The notes under the pieces: model-generated
What the model was told of the DNA's origin: nothing
Databases searched by the model: none
The model's input: only the letters and a program-made list of their open reading frames with translations
In this document: positions 38,350-44,434 of the stretch, one piece after another
How positions within the stretch are numbered: the first letter of the stretch is position 1
How the letters are laid out: each line of letters opens with the position of its first letter
Assembly (NCBI GenBank): GCA_016869915.1
Contig: VGDA01000001.1
Location: 1-44,434 of the forward strand
DNA: 44,434 bases
Origin: Alphaproteobacteria bacterium
Lineage (GTDB): Bacteria > Pseudomonadota > Alphaproteobacteria > CACIAM-22H2
Direction of reading: 5' to 3'
Program-made: the position numbers and the translations under genes

Positions 38350-38367
38350 CTGTCATCAAGATGTCAC
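38350..38367 (+). promoter_or_regulatory. Pho box (PhoB binding site) upstream of pstS
   Basis: CTGTCAT-CAAG-ATGTCAC: two 7-bp direct repeats with 11-bp periodicity, matching the CTGTCAT-N4-CTGTCAT consensus at 12 of 14 positions. A -10-like TATCGT follows at 38381..38386. It lies 70 nt upstream of the pstS ATG. Confidence 0.75.
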
Positions 38368-38436
38368 CTGCGTGGAGCAGTATCGTCGCCGGGAGCGCCT
38401 AGCGTCCGTGCGCAAGACGCCACAAAAGGAGATCCC

Positions 38437-39465
38437 ATGAAGGCTTCGATCCTCGTCGCCGCGATAGCGGCGCTCGTCGCTTCGCCCGCGCTCGCCCAGC
38501 AGGCGCGCGACCAGATCCGCGCGGTCGGGTCCTCGACCGTGTTTCCCTTCACGACGACGGTCGCCGAGAACTTCGCGCGCACCTCGGGCCGGAAGGCGCC
38601 GATCGTCGAGTCGACCGGCACCGGTGGCGGCTTCCGCCTGTTCTGCGCGGGCGTCGGCACCCAGCATCCCGACCTGTCCAACGCCTCGCGCGCGATCACG
38701 AAGTCAGAACTCGAGACCTGCGCGAAGAACGGCGTCACCGCGATCACCGAGGTCAAGATCGGCTTCGACGGCATCGTGCTGGCCGTCAAGAAGGGGGCGC
38801 CCAAGTTCGACGTGACGCGCCAGCAGATGTGGCTGGCCCTCGCGCGCCAGGTGCCCAGGAACGGCCAGCTCGTCGCCAACCCGCACCAGCGCTGGAGCGA
38901 CATCGACCCCAAGCTGCCCAACATCGCCATCGAGGTCATGGGCCCGCCCCCGACCTCGGGCACGCGCGACGCCTTCGTCGAGATGGTCATGGACTTCGGC
39001 TGCAGGGATTTCGCCGAGATCAAGGCGATCTCCGACGCCCGCGCCCGCGCCCAGGCCTGCGCCGCGGTCCGCGAGGACGGCAAGTTCATCGAGGCCGGCG
39101 AGAACGACAACCTGATCGTCCAGCGCCTCGTCGCGGGCCAGGGCGTCGCGATCGGCATCTTCGGCTACTCGTTCCTCGAGGAGAACATCGACAAGCTGCA
39201 GGCCAAGCAGGTCGACGGCGTCGAGCCGACCTTCGAGAACATCTCGTCGGGCAAGTATCCGGTGTCCCGCTCGATGTTCGTGTACGTCAAGAACGCGCAT
39301 GCCGGCGTGATCCCGGGGCTGCGCGAGTTCGTGTCGGAGTACGTCTCGGACCGCTCGATGGGCGAGAACGGCTATCTCGAGAAGAAGGGCCTGATCCCGC
39401 TGCCGAAGGCGGAGCGCGAGAAGGTCCGCAGCAGCGCTTCGAACCTCACGCCGATGGCGATGTGA
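38437..39465 (+). CDS. pstS: phosphate ABC transporter substrate-binding protein (PstS family)
   Basis: Signal peptide MKASILVAAIAALVASPALA, motif GSSTVFPF, and position at the head of pstCAB. Confidence 0.9.
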   Translation: MKASILVAAIAALVASPALAQQARDQIRAVGSSTVFPFTTTVAENFARTSGRKAPIVESTGTGGGFRLFCAGVGTQHPDLSNASRAITKSELETCAKNGVTAITEVKIGFDGIVLAVKKGAPKFDVTRQQMWLALARQVPRNGQLVANPHQRWSDIDPKLPNIAIEVMGPPPTSGTRDAFVEMVMDFGCRDFAEIKAISDARARAQACAAVREDGKFIEAGENDNLIVQRLVAGQGVAIGIFGYSFLEENIDKLQAKQVDGVEPTFENISSGKYPVSRSMFVYVKNAHAGVIPGLREFVSEYVSDRSMGENGYLEKKGLIPLPKAEREKVRSSASNLTPMAM

Positions 39466-39529
39466 AGGGCGTCGTCGGCATCCCCGGTCACCCGGTTGGC
39501 GGCCGGGGGGCCGGCGAAGGAGCGGACCG

Positions 39530-40915
39530 ATGAGCCCCAGCCTGACCTTCGCCCTGCTGCTCGTGCTCGCCCTCGGCGGCTATGCGCTGGGCCGGGCCGC
39601 CTCGATCAGGGCGGTGGGGCCGTCCGGGCGGATCGCGGCGCTGCACTCCCTGCCGACCTATTATGGCTTCTACGTCGCGCTCTGGTGCGCGGCGCCGGCG
39701 CTCGCGATCTTCGCGATCGCTACGCTGGCCAAGGGGACCATCGCCATGTCGATGGTCGCCGCGGGACTTCCCGCCGAGCTGCAGTCCCTGCCGCAGGACC
39801 AGTTCGGGCTGGTGATCTCCGACATCCGCAACCTGGCCGCCGGCACCGTGGCGTCGTCGCCGCGGCCCGAGATCGCCGCCGCCGCGGCGCGCTACGCGTC
39901 GCTGCGCTCCCTCTTCGACGCCGCGATCGCGGCCGTCGCGCTGGCGCTCGCCGTCGCCGGCCTCGCCTATGCCCGCGGCAAGGTGGCGCCGGACATGCGC
40001 GCGCGCAACAAGGTCGAGCGCGCGCTGACGATCATGCTGATCGCCGCCTCGACGCTCGCGATCATGACGACGATCGGCATCGTGGTTTCGCTGGTCTTCG
40101 AGGCGGCGCGGTTCTTCGCGCGCATCCCCGCGAGCGATTTCCTCTTCGGCCTGACCTGGAGCCCGCAGACCGCGATCCGCGCCGACCAGGTCGGCGCGTC
40201 CGGCGCGTTCGGCGCGGTGCCGCTGTTCGTCGGCACGCTCGTGATCGCCAGCATCGCCATGCTGGTAGCCGTGCCGACCGGGCTGATGTCCGCCGTGTAC
40301 ATGGCGGAATACGCCACGCCTCGCTTCCGCTCGATCGCCAAGCCGGTGCTCGAGATCCTCGCCGGCATCCCGACCGTGGTCTACGGCTTCTTCGCGGCGC
40401 TGACCGTCGCGCCGCTGGTGCAGGACGCGGGCCAGGCGATCGGCATCGACGTCGCCGCGCAATCCGCGCTCGCCGCGGGCGTCGTCATGGGCGTCATGAT
40501 CATTCCCTTCGTGTCCTCGCTCTCCGACGACGTGATCACCGCCGTTCCCCAGGCGATGCGCGACGGGTCGTATGCGCTGGGCGCCACCCGGGCCGAGACG
40601 GCCCGGCTCGTGCTGCTGCCCGCGGCGCTCCCGGGGATCGCGGCCTCCGTCATCCTCGCCTTCAGCCGCGCGCTCGGCGAGACGATGATCGTGGTCATGG
40701 CGGCCGGGCTCGCGGCCAACCTGACCGTCAATCCGCTCTCGGCGGTGACGACGGTGACGGTGCACATCGCGGCGCTGCTCGTCGGCGACCAGGAATTCGA
40801 CTCGCCCAAGACGCTCTCGGCCTTCGCGCTGGGGCTCGTGCTCTTCGTCGTCACGCTGGCGCTCAACATCATCGGCCTGCGGATCGTCAAGGCCTACCGG
40901 GAGCAATATGACTGA
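39530..40915 (+). CDS. pstC: phosphate ABC transporter permease PstC
   Basis: AAGGAG SD sequence upstream. 461 aa with the long N-terminal extension common in alphaproteobacterial PstC. Contains an EAA-loop region (MRDGSYALGATRAETARLVLLPAALPGI). Confidence 0.9.
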   Translation: MSPSLTFALLLVLALGGYALGRAASIRAVGPSGRIAALHSLPTYYGFYVALWCAAPALAIFAIATLAKGTIAMSMVAAGLPAELQSLPQDQFGLVISDIRNLAAGTVASSPRPEIAAAAARYASLRSLFDAAIAAVALALAVAGLAYARGKVAPDMRARNKVERALTIMLIAASTLAIMTTIGIVVSLVFEAARFFARIPASDFLFGLTWSPQTAIRADQVGASGAFGAVPLFVGTLVIASIAMLVAVPTGLMSAVYMAEYATPRFRSIAKPVLEILAGIPTVVYGFFAALTVAPLVQDAGQAIGIDVAAQSALAAGVVMGVMIIPFVSSLSDDVITAVPQAMRDGSYALGATRAETARLVLLPAALPGIAASVILAFSRALGETMIVVMAAGLAANLTVNPLSAVTTVTVHIAALLVGDQEFDSPKTLSAFALGLVLFVVTLALNIIGLRIVKAYREQYD

Positions 40916-42251
40916 CGCCACGCTGGCGGCGGCGCCGCCGTCCGACCTCGCGGGCCGCCCCCAGGACGGCCCCTCGCTCCACATGACCGAAGCCGCGCGC
41001 GCGCGGCTGCGGCGCCGTTACGCCGCGGATCGGCGCTTCCGGCAGGCCGGGCTCGGGGCGGTCGTCTTCGGCGTCGTCGCGCTCGGGTTCCTGCTGTTCA
41101 CGATCCTGTCGAACGGGCTGACCGCCTTCCGCCAGACCGAGCTGCGTCTCGACTTCGCCTTCAGCCGGGAGATCATCGCGCCCGACGGCAAGGTCGATCC
41201 GCAGTCGATCCGCGCCGCGGACTGGGCGCGGGTCGTTCGCGAATCGCTGCAGGCGCGCTTCCCGGACGCACGCGATCGGCGCGGCGCGCGCCTCGTCGAG
41301 GCGCTGGTGAGCCCCGGCGCGCAGGGCCAGCTCATGGACATGGTGCTCGCCGATCCCGGGTTGATCGGCCAGACGCGTTCCGTCTGGGTGCTGGCCGCCT
41401 CCGACATCGACATGGTCCTCAAGGGGCACGCGGACCGCGCCGTTCCCGAGGAGAGCCGGCGAGTCAACGACCGGCAGCTCGCATGGATGGGTGCGCTCGA
41501 GAAGGACGGCGCGCTGCGGCTCTCCTTCAACACCCGCTTCTTCACCGGAGCCGACAGCCGCTACCCCGAGCTGGTCGGCATCCTGGGCGGCATCCTCGGC
41601 TCCCTGTACACGCTGGCGATCACGCTCGCGCTCGCCTTCCCGCTCGGCGTCATGGCTGCGATCTACCTCGAGGAATTCGCGCCCAAGAACCGGATCACCG
41701 ACCTGATCGAGGTGAACATCAACAACCTCGCCGCGGTGCCGTCGATCGTCTTCGGCCTGCTCGGGCTCGCCGTCTTCCTGAACGTCTTCGGCATGCCGCG
41801 CTCCGCACCGCTCGTCGGTGGCTGCGTGCTCGCCCTGATGAGCCTGCCGATCATCATCATCGCCGCGCGCGCCGCGCTGCGCGCCGTGCCGCCCTCGATC
41901 CGCGAGGCGGCGCTCGGGCTCGGTGCCTCCAGGCTGCAGGTCGTGTTGCACCACGTGCTGCCGCTGGCGATGCCAGGCATCCTCACCGGCACGATCCTGT
42001 CCATGGCGCACGCGCTGGGAGAGACCGCGCCGCTGCTCATGATCGGGATGGTCGCCTTCATCGTCGACGTGCCATCCGGGCCGCTGGACGCCGCGACGGT
42101 CCTCCCGGTCCAGATCTTCATGTGGGCGGACAGCCCCGAGCGCGGCTTCGTCGAGAAGACGTCGGCCGCGATCCTCGTGCTTCTGGTCTTCCTGCTGGGC
42201 ATGAACGCGCTGGCGATCTGGCTGCGCAAGAAATTCGAGAGGCGGTGGTGA
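40908..42251 (+). CDS. pstA: phosphate ABC transporter permease PstA
   Basis: 8-nt overlap with pstC. 447 aa. EAA loop [28 protein letters not shown]. Confidence 0.9.
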   Translation: MTDATLAAAPPSDLAGRPQDGPSLHMTEAARARLRRRYAADRRFRQAGLGAVVFGVVALGFLLFTILSNGLTAFRQTELRLDFAFSREIIAPDGKVDPQSIRAADWARVVRESLQARFPDARDRRGARLVEALVSPGAQGQLMDMVLADPGLIGQTRSVWVLAASDIDMVLKGHADRAVPEESRRVNDRQLAWMGALEKDGALRLSFNTRFFTGADSRYPELVGILGGILGSLYTLAITLALAFPLGVMAAIYLEEFAPKNRITDLIEVNINNLAAVPSIVFGLLGLAVFLNVFGMPRSAPLVGGCVLALMSLPIIIIAARAALRAVPPSIREAALGLGASRLQVVLHHVLPLAMPGILTGTILSMAHALGETAPLLMIGMVAFIVDVPSGPLDAATVLPVQIFMWADSPERGFVEKTSAAILVLLVFLLGMNALAIWLRKKFERRW

Positions 42252-42253
42252 CC

Positions 42254-43051
42254 ATGGCCAATCCAGCGGCGGCGGTATCCGCTCCGGACGCGGGGCGCGC
42301 GAAGATCTCGGCGAGCGGGGTCGACGTCTTCTACGGCGCGAAGCATGCACTCAAGAAGGTCTCGGTCGAGATAGGCGAGCGCCAGGTCGTCGCCTTCATC
42401 GGCCCGTCGGGCTGCGGGAAGTCCACCTTCCTGCGCTGCCTGAACCGCATGAACGACACCATCGCCGGGTGCCGCGTGACGGGGGACATCCGGCTGGATC
42501 GCGGCGACATCTATGCCCCGGAGGTCGACGTCGTGCAGCTGCGCGCGCGCGTCGGCATGGTCTTCCAGAAGCCGAACCCCTTCCCGAAGTCCATCTACGA
42601 CAACGTCGCCTATGGCCCGCGCATCCACGGCCTCGCGGGATCGAAGGCGGAGCTCGACGCCCTCGTCGAGGGCGCCCTGAAGGGCGCCGCGCTCTGGAAC
42701 GAGGTCTCCGACCGGCTGGATTCGCCCGGGACGGGCCTCTCCGGTGGCCAGCAGCAGCGGTTGTGCATCGCGCGCGCCATCGCGGTCAGCCCCGAGGTGA
42801 TCCTGATGGACGAGCCCTGCTCGGCGCTGGACCCGATCGCGACCGCGCATGTCGAGGAGCTGATCGACGGGCTGCGGGAGCGCTACACGATCGTCATCGT
42901 CACGCACAACATGCAGCAGGCCGCGCGCGTGTCGCAGCGCACCGCCTTCTTCCACCTCGGCGAACTCGTCGAGGAGGACGACACCTCCGCCATCTTCACC
43001 AACCCCCGGGACGAGCGCACCCAGGGCTACATCACCGGCCGCTACGGCTGA
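42254..43051 (+). CDS. pstB: phosphate ABC transporter ATP-binding protein PstB
   Basis: Start MANPAAAVS (ATG 42254). Walker [10 protein letters not shown], signature [14 protein letters not shown], Walker [12 protein letters not shown], and the PstB-typical C-terminal YITGRYG. Confidence 0.95.
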   Translation: MANPAAAVSAPDAGRAKISASGVDVFYGAKHALKKVSVEIGERQVVAFIGPSGCGKSTFLRCLNRMNDTIAGCRVTGDIRLDRGDIYAPEVDVVQLRARVGMVFQKPNPFPKSIYDNVAYGPRIHGLAGSKAELDALVEGALKGAALWNEVSDRLDSPGTGLSGGQQQRLCIARAIAVSPEVILMDEPCSALDPIATAHVEELIDGLRERYTIVIVTHNMQQAARVSQRTAFFHLGELVEEDDTSAIFTNPRDERTQGYITGRYG

Positions 43052-43085
43052 CGCGCCGCCGACCGCGGGCAAGGAGACGCATCCG

Positions 43086-43802
43086 ATGCCAACCCATATC
43101 GTCAAGTCCTACGACGAACAGCTGCGCAAGCTGAACGACACGCTCGCGCGCATGGGCGGCGTCGTCGAGGCCCAGATCAGCGCCGCCATGCAGGCGCTGG
43201 CGCGGCGGGACCCCGACCTCGCCATGCAGACCGTCGAGGGCGACCGCCGGGTCGACGCGCTGGAACGCGAGGTCGACACCCAGGTCGTCAACCTGCTCGC
43301 GCTGCGCCAGCCCGTAGCCTCCGACCTGCGGCTCGTCGTCGGCAGCCTGCGCATCGCCTCCGACCTGGAGCGCATGGCGGACTACGCGAAGAACGTCGCC
43401 AAGCGCTCCGTCGCGCTGTCGCAGCTCGCGCCCGTTCCCGTGCCGCCGACGCTGCCGCGCATGGGCAGGGTGGCGCAGGAGATGGTGAAGGACGTCCTCG
43501 ACGCGCATGTCGGGCGCGACGTGCCAAAGGCCGTGGCGGTGTGGAACCGCGACGAGGAGCTCGACGCGCTTCACGATTCCCTCTTCCGCGAGCTCGTCAC
43601 CCACATGATGGAGGACGCGCGCAACATCACGCCGACGACGCACCTGCTCTTCATCGCAAAGAACATCGAGCGCATCGGCGACCACGCCACCAACGTCGCG
43701 GAGATGGTGCATTTCCAGGTCACCGGTCGGAACCTCGACGAGGCGCGGCCCAAGGGCGACGACGCGAGCCTCGCCGTCGTCGAGCCGGGGACGCGCCAGT
43801 GA
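43086..43802 (+). CDS. phoU: phosphate signalling complex protein PhoU
   Basis: 238 aa with two PhoU repeats, each with an E/D-x3-D motif (SDLERMADYA and KNIERIGDHATN). Confidence 0.95.
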   Translation: MPTHIVKSYDEQLRKLNDTLARMGGVVEAQISAAMQALARRDPDLAMQTVEGDRRVDALEREVDTQVVNLLALRQPVASDLRLVVGSLRIASDLERMADYAKNVAKRSVALSQLAPVPVPPTLPRMGRVAQEMVKDVLDAHVGRDVPKAVAVWNRDEELDALHDSLFRELVTHMMEDARNITPTTHLLFIAKNIERIGDHATNVAEMVHFQVTGRNLDEARPKGDDASLAVVEPGTRQ

Positions 43803-44434
43803 GCCAGCACAAGCTGCATGTCCTCGTCGTCGAGGACGAGGCCTCGCTGGTCGAGCTGCTGCGCTACAACCTCGAGAAGGAGGGCTTCCGCGTCACCGCC
43901 GCGAACGACGGCGAGGAGGCGCTGGCGCTGCTGAAGGAGGGCAAGCCCGACCTGCTCGTGCTCGACTGGATGCTGCCGCATGTCTCGGGCATCGAGATCT
44001 GCCGCCAGATCCGCCGCCGGCCCGAGCTGCGCGACCTTCCGGTCATCATGCTGACGGCGCGCGGCGAGGAGGCGGACCGCGTGCGCGGCCTCGAGGTCGG
44101 CGCCGACGACTACGTGATCAAGCCGTTCAGCCCGTCCGAGCTGGTCGCGCGGATCCGCGCGGTGCTGCGCCGCGCGCGGCCGGGGGCGGCCGACGAGATG
44201 CTGACCTATGGCGGCATCGCCATGGACCTCGCGGTGCACCGGGTGATGCGCAACGGCCGGTTCCTCCATCTCGGGCCGACGGAGTTCCGCCTGCTGCGCT
44301 TCTTCATGGAGCGCCCGGGGCGGGTCTTCTCGCGCGAGCAGCTGCTCGACGGCGTGTGGGGCCGCGACATCTATGTCGAGCTGCGCACGGTCGACGTGCA
44401 TATCCGCCGCCTGCGCAAGGCGATCAACGGCGAG
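43799..44434 (+). CDS. phoB: phosphate regulon response regulator PhoB (3' end truncated by the window)
   Basis: The GTG at 43799 overlaps the phoU stop (GTGA). Receiver domain HVLVVEDE...LLVLDWMLP...MLTARGEE and OmpR/PhoB winged helix LGPTEFRLLRFFM...VDVHIRRLRK. There is no stop before the window end. Confidence 0.9.
   Translation, partial: MSQHKLHVLVVEDEASLVELLRYNLEKEGFRVTAANDGEEALALLKEGKPDLLVLDWMLPHVSGIEICRQIRRRPELRDLPVIMLTARGEEADRVRGLEVGADDYVIKPFSPSELVARIRAVLRRARPGAADEMLTYGGIAMDLAVHRVMRNGRFLHLGPTEFRLLRFFMERPGRVFSREQLLDGVWGRDIYVELRTVDVHIRRLRKAINGE

Noticed and set aside
39482-39512. GC hairpins (CCCCGG...CCGGGG and GGCCGGGGGGCC) in the pstS-pstC spacer, considered as an attenuator.
   Set aside because: The stems are short (4-6 bp) with a large or G-only loop and no U-tract. 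They are plausible as an mRNA-processing or stability element, but the sequence alone does not support the call.

Overview
This is a very GC-rich chromosomal segment with alphaproteobacterial gene content and order; the taxon cannot be confirmed without a search. It is densely coding and mostly core. I call 40 protein-coding genes, one frameshifted gene fragment, one tRNA-Gly(GCC), one clear rho-independent terminator, one canonical Pho box, and several candidate NtrC, sigma-54, sigma-70 and GntR sites. I found no CRISPR array, IS element, integrase or phage genes.

Gene order:
- 1-4.2 kb: TPR-like fragment, ftsK, aminotransferase.
- 4.4-6.4 kb: amtB and glnK.
- 6.5-7.8 kb: UbiH-family hydroxylase.
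- 7.8-12.4 kb: a six-gene minus-strand operon (YbbN-type thioredoxin, LON N-domain protein, Trm112-like, DUF971, ycjX, ycjF).
- 12.6-20.4 kb: tRNA-Gly, OmpA-like lipoprotein, FkbM methyltransferase, purH, CapD/PglF-like dehydratase, mutS.
- 20.6-25.9 kb: maeB, an unusual C1-peptidase/alpha-beta-hydrolase fusion, and a citryl-CoA-lyase-like gene.
- 26.0-32.0 kb: a GntR-linked cluster (broken allophanate hydrolase, NitT/TauT ABC transporter, PuuE-like deacetylase).
- 32.1-35.6 kb: btaA-btaB betaine-lipid genes plus two uncharacterised coupled genes.
- 35.9-38.3 kb: orphan family-5 binding protein and a CitE-like lyase.
- 38.4-44.4 kb: pstSCAB-phoU-phoB.

Most interesting candidates:
1. The 715-aa cytoplasmic fusion of a papain-like cysteine peptidase and a GxSxG serine hydrolase (22888..25035). 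I do not recognise it as a characterised family.
2. The four-gene btaA-btaB-X-Y operon next to the Pho regulon.
3. The allophanate hydrolase reading frame, broken by two compensating frame changes.

All functional calls rest on motifs read by eye. No database searches were run.
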